NCBI GenBank assembly: GCA_040954595.2
Contig: CM082584.2
Location: 2,511,344 to 2,575,343 of the forward strand
Reading direction: 5' to 3'
Length of the DNA stretch: 64,000 bases
DNA from: Balanoglossus misakiensis
Lineage: Eukaryota > Animalia > Hemichordata
Positions 40,487 to 52,309 of the stretch are shown here, one piece after another. The notes beneath the pieces were generated by a model, which did not search any database, was not told where the DNA came from, and worked only from the letters and a program-made list of their open reading frames with translations. How positions within the stretch are numbered: position 1 is the stretch's first letter; every line of letters begins with the position of its first letter. A program made the translations under genes and the position numbers.

Positions 40487-41490
40487 ATCAATACACATCT
40501 ATAACTCTTCTATAGAAGTTCAATAGAAAATCAATTGAAATCTATATCTCTTCTATAGAAAATCAATACACATCTATAACTCTTTTATAGAAGTTCAATA
40601 GAAAATCAATTGAAATCTATATCTCTTCTATAGAAAATCAATAGCATATCAATGGAAATCTAGATCTCTTATATAGAAAATCAATACACATCGATAACTC
40701 TTCTATAGAAAATCAATAGAATATCAATTGAAATCTATATCTCTTCTATAGAAAATCAATACACATCGATAACTCTTCTATAGAAAATCAATAGAATATC
40801 AATTGAAATCTATATCTCTTCTATAGAAAATCAATACACATCGATAACTCTTCTATAGAAAATCAATAGAATATCAATTGAAATCTATATCTCTTCTATA
40901 GAAAATCAATACACATCGATAACTCTTCTATAGAAAATCAATAGAATATCAATTGAAATCTATATCTCTTCTATAGAAAATCAATACACATCGATAACTC
41001 TTCTATAGAAAATCAATAGAATATCAATTGAAATCTATATCTCTTCTATAGAAAATCAATACACATCTATAACGCTTTTATAGAAGTTCAATAGAAAATC
41101 AATTGAAATCTAGATCTCTTCTATAGAAAATCAATACACATCGATAACTCTTCTATAGAAAATCAATAGAATATCAATTGAAATCTATATCTCTTCTATA
41201 GAAAATCAATACACATCGATAACTCTTCTATAGAAAATCAATAGAATATCAATTGAAATCTATATCTCTTCTATAGAAAATCAATACACATCTATAACTC
41301 TTTTATAGAAGTTCAATAGAAAATCAATTGAAATCTATATCTCTTCTATAGAAAATCAATACACATCGATAACTCTTCTATAGAAAATCAATAGAATATC
41401 AATTGAAATCTATATCTCTTCTATAGAAAATCAATACACATCTATAACTCTTCTATAGAAGTTCAATAGAAAATCAATTGAAATCTATAT
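40487..41490. repeat. Right subterminal tandem array, 75-bp unit, ~13 copies
   Basis: TCGATAACTC recurs at 40691, 40766, 40841, 40916 and 40991; the unit is built from TTCTATAGAA, TCAATAGAA and TCAATTGAA motifs. Confidence 0.95.
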
Positions 41491-41796
41491 CTCTTCTATA
41501 GAAGTTTAATTGAAAAGTGGCCAAAAGTCCATAGAAGTCAATAGAATTTCCATAGAAATTCCATTGAGTTTCCATGGAATATCCATTGATTCTTAATAGA
41601 AATTTTTATTGAAAAGCAATAGAAGTTCTATAGAACTTTTTCGTAAGGGAATCAATCAAAGTGTATTATAAAACCAGATTCCAAGAAAATACAGCTGTTC
41701 AAAGGGGCTTAGGCTTTTTTCATCTTCCCTTGTCAGGTTGATGTGACTATTGTTAGTATGCAGTGTTGTATGAAATGTTTTACATCGCTTACTTAC

Positions 41797-41916
41797 CTCA
41801 CCCAACATGGCAGCCAATTGTTCTACAGTAAATCCACTGTAATTAATACTACCTTGACTTGGCAAAGGATATGGAGGAGAGTTCAGATCAATATACAATG
41901 TTTCTATATTGGTGCG
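41797..41916 (-). pseudogene. MED25: MED25 VWA-domain exon, disrupted
   Basis: API*KHCILI / NSPPYPLPSQGSINYSGFTVEQLAAMLGE matches MED25 (CLLICNSPPYLLPAVES..YSG.TTENL); premature TAG and a 1-bp frameshift; TACAG acceptor, GTAAG donor. Confidence 0.88.
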
Positions 41917-42373
41917 CTGTATACAAAGAGAAGATAAAACAATATTTTGTTATTGGCAGTATTGTCAGTCAGTGTTTTTTTTAACCCTTCCACCCCAATT
42001 TCCTCTTCAGTGCTCCAACCTTAACATAGAAAACAATGCAGTTGGACTGAACCATTGTGGTGATCAGGGTAATGTAACCAGGGTTCCCCAGTCATTTTGT
42101 TAACATTCCTTATGGTACCATAAATGCAGTCATATTAATGGTAAGACAGGTGTTACATGGGGTTTCAAAATCACTTATTGCTCCACCCCCCCCCCCCCCA
42201 ACAATAGCCAAAATACTGTCAGTGTTATCCAAATTCTTATTTCACACCTGTTACAACTAACAAGGTATCTGTCGCAGTCATTTTATGCTCTTTTAGTATC
42301 CAGGATCTATTGTCGATGATATAATCATCTCTGATCAGACTAGATTACATGTATAGCTCAACAGAATAATATT

Positions 42374-42521
42374 GAAGGTCAGAATGCTTTTGATGAGGAA
42401 ACAAAACACCAACTGCGAGAATATATCTTCTTCAGAAAATACCATCATTTTTATGTTAGTCAAGATACTTTGCAACTGGTGTATTGTTCTCTCATCAAAA
42501 GCATTCTGACCTTCAATATTA
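42374..42521. mobile_element. Small foldback/MITE
   Basis: TAATATTGAAGGTCAGAATGCTTTTGATGAG is mirrored by CTCATCAAAAGCATTCTGACCTTCAATATTA. Confidence 0.7.
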
Positions 42522-42837
42522 CTGTAAAACGGATTATTTTCGTGACAGGAAATGTTCGCGATATTAAAAGAGGCAACTGTTATGCGAGGATTAATTTTCA
42601 TGTTCTTGTATTTCATTGCATCTTTATCTCCGAAAAACATTTTACGCAACTTTTTCTTTTCACATTTTGTTGGCTCTCGCCTATTTCGCAAAAATTAATT
42701 GCTTGCGAAAATAACCCGTTTTACACACAGGTGCAAGCTTTCTCTTATGTGAGTATGGCAGAGAAAGTTTTGGCTGCTGTCAAAATTTTCTGACAAAGAC
42801 ATCCAGAAGGATTATGAAACTGAAAATGTTGATAATA

Positions 42838-43856
42838 CAGTGAAACCTGTCAATTAATACAGACATCTCTCTAATCAGGACACCTCTCTATTAAGGAAAG
42901 ATTGTTCAAGACAAGAGTAATGGTTTGAATAGAATATTACATGCACATTTCTGTTAAAGGGACAAAGTCTCTCTCTCGCTGCCCTTTTTAGGTCCCATTG
43001 GTATAGGCCTATATACCATGGGACCTTATGGGATTGGTTGCGTCTGTATGTATGTATGTATGGATGGATGGATGTATGGATGTATGTCCGTCCACATCAA
43101 AAACTTGAAAACCACTGTGTGTATCACCTTGATATTTGGTGTGCACATGCAGGCTGGGCTGTAGATGGGAGTTTGTTCAAATGAAGTTGTCGTTGCCAAA
43201 AATATGCAAATTAGCTGGAAAAATGTGAACTTAGTCAAAACTCAGTAACTCAAGAACTACTGGTCAGATTGCTTTGCGAAGTGGTGTGTATTTACTTTAT
43301 TGAGTTGTTTATATACACAGGAAATTCCTGAATGATTACATAACTGGCTAAGTTTTAAAGAGGCCAGCTGTTCTATTTAGTGTGTGTGTCTGTCAGTATA
43401 TCGCCATTTACTCCGGTGTAGACTTTTTCTTGTGTATTCCCTCAATGGGACCACTGTGTCCTTGACGCGATTTTTTCCATTATGTTTGATACAAGAGACA
43501 TTTTATATTAATGTACATGTGTATATGTAGTTAATGAACGTTCAACCATACACAATTTCCATCCCACTTGAATGATATGAGCATAAAAACTCGCATAAAA
43601 TGAATAAATGATAGAGACCGATTATTGGCGTGTGTTTTTTATCACTCTGGTGGCTACAAGCAGGGTTGAAGTTGTGTGTGGTGAAACATTGATTCACTAT
43701 ATATCCACATGTAGAATAACAGAAATGGTGCCCTGTAACAAACCTAATTCATGGAAAAGGGGCAGCGAGGGAGAGAATTTGTCCCTTTAAGGACACCTCT
43801 CTATTAAGGACACATTTTGTGGTCCCAGAGGTGTCCTTCCTAGGCAGGTTTCAATG
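42838..43856. mobile_element. Tigger-like MITE fragments interrupted by other repeats
   Basis: TA|CAGTGAAACCTG ... CAGGTTTCAATG|TA, with repeated AGGACACCTCTCTATTAAGGA. Confidence 0.6.
42985..43270 (+). mobile_element. DINE-1/Helentron-associated (HINE)-like element end; inverted relative at ~45955-46135
   Basis: TTTTTAGGTCCCA...TGGGACCT hairpin, then a (TATG/GATG)n tract; reverse-complement copy at 45955-46135. Confidence 0.55.
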
Positions 43857-44004
43857 TACTTCACATCTCAGTTGTACTCCACTGTCTGTATGGAATCATT
43901 TCCTGGTTGACATGGTGAACTTTACAAAAACAGATAAACCACCAAAAAAAGTCAGGGCCATATGTAGAGAATGATCTTGAAACTCAGAATTTTACCATAA
44001 TTAC

Positions 44005-44103
44005 CTTGAATATCGTAAACTCTTCATATCGTCAAATAACTGCAATGCAGTACTCAGACCTTCAGAAATCATACCATATTTCTCACCTGCTCCTGACAAC
44101 AAT
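44005..44103 (-). pseudogene. MED25: MED25 VWA-domain exon
   Basis: TTTCAG acceptor, GTAA donor, 99 bp, phase 2-2; [30 protein letters not shown] matches MED25 [30 protein letters not shown]. Confidence 0.9.
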
Positions 44104-44264
44104 CTGAAATACAACAACAATCATTTAACAAAAGGTATATGTAAACAATGTCTACTCTGATTGTAGACAGATTTGATTAAACATTTTATGAAACATTTAA
44201 AGGTAGGAACCTCTAATAAAAGCAAGTGAGTCAAAAGTCAAAAAGAGCGACTTTGTCCCTTTAA

Positions 44265-44349
44265 CCCTTTCACCCCAAGTTCCTTCTATACAGGTCAAAC
44301 CTTTTCATAGAAAACAATGGGTTTTGACTGAACCTTGGTTGTGAAAGGG
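44265..44349. mobile_element. 85-bp piggyBac-like MITE (related copies ~41985-42069 and ~20895-20975)
   Basis: TTAA|CCCTTTCAC ... GTGAAAGGG|TTAA; shared core CATAGAAAACAA. Confidence 0.8.
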
Positions 44350-46192
44350 TTAATGGGCTTCCAAAATTAGTGTTCTTTAAAATTAGAGGGTGGTACTTAG
44401 GGGTTATTACACTAAATTTGGTGAGAACAATAGAAAGTGGCAAATTCAGGCTCTGCATGTAAGATACTAATGACAATTAGCCTTCTGCTTTAGAATCATC
44501 ACCATTAAGCTATATTGATTGTATCCGCATCAGTTTATCATCTTTTGCTAATGCATAACACGACTGTTGTGTACTCTTTGAATGGAGGCTGATTAAATCG
44601 GTGTGACACCCATTTAAAATAACACTAAATAACACAAAACTACAATGTGTGCGCGCAAATATTTTGTCACAGTTGCGTGACATGCGCACACAAAAAATCC
44701 ATTGAAAGATAACAGCGGGCGAGGCTATCTGGGGCGCCTTGTCAAGGTTGGCCGGTCAGGCGCCCTGTACACATGTACGCGTATGCGCGCTTGTATGCTG
44801 TAGCAGGACGCACAATGATGTACGTGCGGTAACCTAGGCCACAAACTTGACACGTGTCGGGCTATAATTTATGCACACAGAAGCCATTAGATATAACAAA
44901 GCAAGTAGGGCTTCTGGGTCATTTTCCTTGATGATATAACACAAGAATTCCATACCTTGTCTGTACTTAATACGTATCGGGGGGGGGGGACCACTGTACA
45001 CAGTCTCTTTCATGATGTTTATGTACTTTATTCGCTACATTCTAAATGATATTTTTTGTGTTGGGCCATCTAGACATGAAGGGAGAACTCATTCAAGTAT
45101 GTTTATCTGAAAGCCTGCTTGTCTATCGCTATTTTGTTGCACGTAATTCAAATACAATTTCACGAAAAAAAAATTGGCTCTTTGCGTGCACTGCGCGTAA
45201 AAAATAAAATATCAAACGCAAGCCCAGTAGAAATTCCAAATTACCTATGATATGATTTCATAATAATTCTAAAGAAGCCAATCCCATTAACTTACAACTA
45301 AAATTTATAGAAATCAGCCATACAGTGTACACTTTCTGAGAAATATAATTTTTTATCAAAATTGGTAAATATACCCCCAAAATACAAGACATTGCCCCCA
45401 CAAAACATTGACACTTTCATCATAGGTTTTGTAAATCATCATGACAACTCACCATGGAACCTTCAAATCAAATTTCAAAGCAATGGGGTAGAGGGTTCTG
45501 AGAAAGAGTTTTGACCAAAAATGGCAAAATTCACCCCAAAAATATACTATTGAATTCTACAAATTGATTTGACAAACACACATCTCTATGCCTACCAAAT
45601 TTCAAAGCAATCTGACAAATGGTTTTACAGAAAAAAATTGATCAAAAAGGCAAAATTTGCACCAAAATTATAAATTTGCAAATTTTGCAGCAAATTTAAA
45701 CAAAACTTTGATAACTCACATCACCTATATGAAGCCCCATACTAAATTTCAAAGAAGTCAGGTCATCAATTCCAGAAAAGTAGATTTTTTACCAAAAATG
45801 TGGAAAAAGACAAAAAAATACATAAATTATAGAAAATTCAAACTATTAGTTCAAAACATACACAACTGTGTGAGGTTAATATAAGGTACATGCATACCAA
45901 TTTTCAAATCAATATGACCAGTGGTTGTTGAGTTTCTGAGTTTTGGCCAAATTTACGTTTTTCCCAACAACTTCATTTGAACAAACTCCCATCTACAGCC
46001 CTGCCTGCATCTGCACTCCAAATATCGAGGTTATATGCTCAGCGGTTTTCAAGTTTTTGATGTGAACGGACATACATCCATACAGACGCAACCGATCTCA
46101 TGAGGTACCACCAGTATATACAAATGGGACCTAAAGATATTTCGGTGCAACTTGTAGACTGCATCATATATATATATTGTGTTGTCGCCCAA

Positions 46193-46233
<41 letters not shown>

Positions 46234-46283
46234 GGGGGGGGGTCCCAATGTGCCCTTCCTATGATATCTGCAATAATTGTAGC

Positions 46284-46382
46284 CTAGATGGGATGATTGA
46301 TCAAGCCCATAAGCGATCAACCAGCCCACCAAAGCTACAATTATTGCCCCTATTCCTATGATAGCTGGATCCATAGGGTAAA
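46284..46382 (-). other. Possible orphan transmembrane-segment exon
   Basis: TTTTGTACAG acceptor, then VYPMDPAIIGIGAIIVALVGWLIAYGL (hydrophobic run); 3' boundary unclear. Confidence 0.3.
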
Positions 46383-47344
46383 CTGTACAAAACAAATAAG
46401 TGTCAGTATAAAATGTGGTAACTTTTTGCGTTTGTTTCTTCCCACTGAATTTCGACATCGCAAAGTGATTTCAGATGTCAGTTTATATTTATAATAACAT
46501 TACTGCCACTAAGAAATATGAATGAAGTTGCACAGTTCATATAAACATTACACCACTGGCAACTGTGCTATATCATGCCACTTTTATGACCGCTTTTGAC
46601 CTCTACATCCTGGCTTTTTGTCGGTGTGAGTATACAATTTCGAGTTTACCAACCATGCTATTGAATCAATGCATTTTTTCTCATCCTTGAACAAAACTGG
46701 TGAACATTGCCTGTTAGAAAAGGTTAGCTGTTCAACATTGAATGATGAATGATGTCAAACCAACAAATCACCAGGATGTAAGGTCACACAGGGGTCATGA
46801 AAGAGGCCTGTAAGATACTCTTGTTCTCTGCCCACTTTCTAACCCTGCTGTCACTACCAGCAGCAGGAATGGGACAGGGGACCAGGCTATATCTATAGGA
46901 CTGTTTGCTAACATTAAGTGTGTTTACTTGAGTAAGTTGGGTACTATAAAAAGAATTGTCACCATTACTGTAGGGGAGACATGAGTCTACCTGGTTGATT
47001 TATATTTTACATAATGTGCTTAGATTAATAGAAATAATTTATGCATAGTTACTTAGGAACACTTCCATAACTAGTCTGCATTTTGCCTCTGCCAAATAGT
47101 AAAGAAAAAACATCAGAAAATAGGCAGAGTAGAAACTAAACTGCACTCTCCTAAATATAAAATGGTTTACCCCTAAGTCTAATGTGATGCATAGTGTGAT
47201 TCAATTTGTGTCAATAAAATTGCAACCACATCAGTGTTCAGTGAAAACAGTATGTGACATACTTTTCCACCTGACCAAATCTATTAGAAACACATTTTTT
47301 AAAGAAATTGTTTTAAAGGGGCAGCTGCTATGACATTTGGGATT

Positions 47345-47800
47345 AATAGAATCTCACACTCCCAAGGACCTGGGATCATATTTCTCACACGAGTTGGGGA
47401 TTTTCTGTCACACACGAGCCGCAGGCGAGTGTGGGACAAAATATCCCTGACGAGTGTGAGAAATACGATCCCAGGTCCTTGGTGTGTGAGATTATTTTTC
47501 TCACACGGTCACAAATTAGCCAAATTCGTTAAAACATTGAATAAATGACTCTGGAACTGTCGTCTGGGGGCACGTAATAGTTCTGTGCCTGTAATACACA
47601 TCACGCCATTGGATAACATTTAGTGCGCGAAGAGAAAGAACTCTTTGTCAACCAATCAGCGCTCGCGTCATATACAGCTTTCGATTCAGTGAGAATGTGA
47701 GAATAATAGAATCTCACACTCCCAAGGACCTGAGATCGTATTTCTCACACTCGTCGGGGATATCCTATCCCACACTCCCAGCGGCCAGCAGTGTGAGAAA
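47345..47800 (+). mobile_element. Hairpin non-autonomous element (GCCGCAGGC loop) plus a partial tandem second copy
   Basis: Palindrome 47350-47495; the start is repeated at 47705; homologous to 22205-22535. Confidence 0.8.
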
Positions 47801-47807
47801 TTAAATA

Positions 47808-47984
47808 CAGTAAAACCTGTCTGAACCGAACACTGAAGGCACTGAAGAAATTGTTCAGTTTACAGACATTTCCAGTTTGTAAAGGTTCTTTTAACATGTG
47901 ATTCTATGTCGAAGGTACTGAAAAGGTGTTCAGTATAGACAGGTTTCCAGATTAGACAGGGTTTGGTTTTGACAGGTTTTACTG
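47808..47984. mobile_element. pogo/Tigger-type MITE
   Basis: TA|CAGTAAAACCTGTC ... GACAGGTTTTACTG. Confidence 0.8.
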
Positions 47985-49993
47985 AAGGTTGAAAATTAAT
48001 TCTATGTGGCCACTTAAGATTCTTGTGCTACTCCCAACAATATGTTGAAACCCACAATTGATGTATAAAATACCATCCACTAAATATTTAAATGTCACCA
48101 AAAACATTTTACTCTAAATAAATAAATATATTCTATAAAAACATATTTTTTAGACATGTTGCATATTTACGTAACAGTAGTAAAAAATGTGAATGATAAC
48201 ATTACACATTCACGGGCTATGTTGACAAGTGAAGTATAAATGGGTATATTAGCATGCTGTTTGGAGTAGAACAAGAAATTCCCATTGATACTCAGAACAA
48301 AAATATATGTACATCAATTAAAGCCAAAAGTTACAGCTAATGTCCCGTTAAGTGCATTGTAATTCAGAAAACTTCTGGAGCAGTGAATAAATCCTACTAT
48401 TCCTAGTATATCAGAAGTTTTTTTCATTTTAAAAATCAAGCTAGTTGCTTTAAAAAAAAATGAGACACTACTTTGTACAAAAGTTATGACAGCTTGCATT
48501 CACGCAGATTTGAGCCAGACATCTCAAAGCGTTAACAAAAAAACATAGAGCATACTGTTTTTGCGAAGGTAATTTAAATTGCTTGTTACGTGATAGTAGT
48601 GAAAACAATGGTGACATTGAAGTAACCGAAATGTTCTCCTATATCAAGCTTTCAGAGATAATTAACAGAGAAATGTTTATTTCAAAAAGTGAATGTCTTA
48701 TTTTTTAGCTTATACAGTCACAGTATGTAATAGAGGGACTGTGATATAGTGCACTGGTTTGGCTGTTGTTTCACTACAGATTTTTGTGGTGGGGGTCACG
48801 GGTGGGTCTATGATGGGGGAAACCAGCATAGAACCCCCCCCCCCCCCTCCACCCTCCCCCTAGCTGTGTTTCCATAGTAGTACTAAATGTGACATTATTA
48901 TATGACTCAGAAGGTCACATAGCTCTGCGTACAGGTCTGTGTGTTCCCGGCTGTATGCAGAGCTAATGGTCACACAGAGAAACCACACGACAGAGATCTC
49001 ACCATCTCAAAAAGCTGACTCTGAAAAGCATGTAAAAGAATTAAGACTGGCTTACCTGTAGGAGGACCTGTGTCACACATCTCTGCCCGCCAAGGTCTTG
49101 CCAACGACCCTGGCGATGTCTGTCATCTAGTCTTGCTCCAAGCGATGCTAATCACACTGGCGGCGCGTTGTACTGTTCCTTTCCTTTATCTACAGGCACA
49201 GCGACTGCCGTAAAGCCAAGTCATCACCGGACTCATCATATCTGATATACTTCCCTGGCCGGTCGGGGCAACACCGACGTCACGATAAAACGTCGTAGGT
49301 CCCGTGGCAACACCGTAGCTACACCCTAATGAGAGACAATGTCTAGTGATCTGAGTGACGGCAACTGATCCAGGATCTCAATCACTCACCCGGCTCTGTC
49401 AGTGTCATGGCTCTCTCTCTCAACTACGGTGCGACCTGTGATGACGACCACCTCGCAAAGTTCTGCCAAGCGCCGCCGCGTCCCATGTAGAAAGGTTGCG
49501 AAACCCTTTGAAAACACTGCCAAGAATGCTCCATTATCCGAAATATGTTCTTTCACTGACGTCTCCACTCATGAGAAATTTAAAAAAGGGGCGTAACACG
49601 CTGTTGTAAAAGATCAGCTGATTCGCGACCAAAACATTCACGATTGACCCTTGACCTAGGATAGTCTGTACCCTCGATCCAGCGCCAGCTAAGTTGGCGT
49701 TGTTAAAATAATTATTAGGTAAACAGCCATCACTATAAGCTATAGATGTAATTCAGTAAACCAAAATCTTTAAAAATATATGTTGTCAAGAACAATTTAT
49801 AGACCAAGGCCATGGCCAGAGGTACATCCGAAAAATACCAACTGTACATGGTTATTCTTGTATAACCTTTGACCCCGATTTGTAAACAGTGCTGCATGTT
49901 TGAAGTATCGCTCTTAAAAATTGAGATTCACCTGATGCAGTGGTTTTATATGAAAGCCAGTTGGGGACATGTACATACGCAATAAATAAAAAA

Positions 49994-50226
49994 TTATCTC
50001 GAGATCTCGAGATAATGCTATTCGTTTTCCTGACTTTTTATTTTTTTATCTCGAGATCTCGAGATAATTCCAATTCGTTTTCCCGACTTTTTATTTTTTT
50101 ATCTCGAGATCTCGAGATAATTCAAGTTCGTTTTCCCGACTTTTTATTTTTTTTATCTCGAGATCTCGAGATAATTCCAATTCGTTTTCCCGACTTTTTA
50201 TTTTTTTATCTCGAGATCTCGAGATA
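49994..50226. repeat. Left TIR array: 5 copies of a 22-bp palindrome, ~53-bp period
   Basis: TTATCTCGAGATCTCGAGATAA counted 5 times. Confidence 0.95.
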
Positions 50227-50660
50227 AATTTGTCTAAAGAGGGCGGGTGTATTGGTACGGAGACTGTCCAGAGAGGGCGGTGTATCGGTACAGAGAATAT
50301 GGCGTTCTTTTACTAGCTTGACCTAGTACCAGGACTTTTCGTCGGATTCTGCCTTACATGCTGCATCGTATCTTATCAGACTGACTGAGTGTTGGTAAGT
50401 TGAGATTTTACCTCCTTCTCATAACCGTTAGATTTGTCGTACACGTAACATGACCACACGATGCACAATTTGTACTGGTTTGTGATGTGGCAATCTATTG
50501 AGTCGCCTTGCACGTCAAGCGTCATCATGATCATGCCAAACACGATCGACGCGACGTTGACAATGTGCTGCATGCAATAGGTTGACTGAGACGTTCTTGT
50601 CAGTATCTCGTACTCAACTTAACTTGCTTGATTTTTGATTCATGATGTAACATATGCCAT

Positions 50661-50695
<35 letters not shown>

Positions 50696-51038
50696 ATCAC
50701 AACTTGAGGCTAACTCTGGCCTTATGCCACGCTGTTTGAAACATATATCATACATGATTCAACTTGTGTGTGGGGCGGATAGTTACATCGCCTAGGATCA
50801 AGTTGCCATAACTGGATTCTTCCAATAAATAAATGCACTTTAACTTGATCTTGAATATTAAACAATGCAATGTTAACATCAGTACAGCTGCTGTGATTTA
50901 TTTTACTTTGCTTCAGTCTGTGATTATGACACAGACAAATGTGAGTGTGTATGGTGACCTCAGTACATCCAAGGTCAAACGTCAACAACTCTTCAGTTGA
51001 TATGAAAGTTTCAAACAAAAAAATTAAAGCAAAATAGG

Positions 51039-51078
<40 letters not shown>

Positions 51079-51139
51079 CTGTCTCTATGTATTAATGAGT
51101 GTGTGTGTAATGTTTGTGCACATTGATTGACTTGATTTA

Positions 51140-51563
51140 CAGCCGAAATTATGAAAGGTCGCCGATTCAATATGTGATCTAGACGTCCTGTGTGCACTGA
51201 ACACACGATGTGTTTATCTAACACAAACAACAGAACCTCTCATAAAAGAGATGCGGTATCATTAGACTAATTACAGATGGTAGTCTGGAAACACGCTCCC
51301 CCTCAGAGAGAGTTGTTTACTTGGGTACGATGTCAAAGTTTAATCTCAAAGTGTATACGCTTTATGTTGAGAGTGTACCCAAGTAAACAACTCTCTCTGA
51401 GGGGGAGCGTGTTTCCAGACTACCATCTGTAATTAGTCTAATGATACCGCATCTCTTTTATGAGAGGTTCTGTTGTTTGTGTTAGATAAACACATCGTGT
51501 GTTCAGTGCACACAGGACGTCTAGATCACATATTGAATCGGCGACCTTTCATAATTTCGGCTG
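51140..51563. mobile_element. Foldback MITE: 189-bp arms, 46-bp spacer, TA TSD
   Basis: TA|CAGCCGAAATTATGAAAGGTCGCC...GGGTAC is mirrored by GTACCC...GGCGACCTTTCATAATTTCGGCTG|TA; no mismatches seen by eye. Confidence 0.92.
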
Positions 51564-51667
51564 TAATATTGAAGATTTAAGCACCGATGGCATTTATTAC
51601 AAAGAGTTATATTATTATCAATAGAGTCCAAGTTGAAGTCTTAATCACTCCCTAAATTATTTTAAAT

Positions 51668-52309
51668 TGTATGTATGTATGTATGTATGTATGTATGTAT
51701 GTATGTATGCATGTATGTATGTATACGAAGTATGCGGTTCGACTGTTCCGATCCAATGTATGTATGTATGTATGTATGTTGACAATTGAGAAGTTTCCTC
51801 ATCAAAAATTCTGAACAAAATTCTTGCTTCACTGTAATTTTTGGTGAAATATCAACTTTATTCAAGGTGAGAAAGTAGATAGTTTTTCCTTCTGAGATAA
51901 TATGCTCAACTTTCCCAAACTGTTCATAAAAATCAAGTTGATGCATTATTTCATGCTTGTCTTTAGGTACATCAGTTTTGATTTAACTGTTGTTGATTTT
52001 CCTTACAGAAAAATATTACTTAAGCAAACAGATCAGACAAAATGGCAGAAAAACTATATGAATTTCTTAGACGACGCAGAGTGCCTGAAGAGGAAATTGA
52101 CAGACTTGAACAGGAAAAGGTAAATTTTTTATTAGTTCTTGTTGCATATATGTAAATATGGCTAAATGAGCTTTAAGGCTAGTAGGTGGAAAAATATTCA
52201 TTGACAGTCTTTCCATCTTTGTTTGTTTGTTTGTTTGTATGTATGTACCCGTATGTATGTATGTATGTATGTATGTATGTATGTATGTATGTATGTCTGT
52301 ATGTATGTA
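51668..52309. repeat. (TATG)n microsatellites at 51668-51724, 51757-51779 and 52238-52309
   Basis: Direct reading. Other microsatellites: (CA)n ~22712, (TG)n ~46195 and ~51042, (TA)n ~50663. Confidence 0.95.

Larger units (their letters stand above)
27065..41649. mobile_element. CACTA/EnSpm (CMC) DNA transposon, ~11 kb plus a 3.5 kb LINE insert
   Basis: TIRs CCCTTACGAAAAAGGTTCTATAGAAC / GTTCTATAGAACTTTTTCGTAAGGG; subterminal repeat arrays at both ends; internal EnSpm-type transposase. No TSD visible. Confidence 0.92.
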
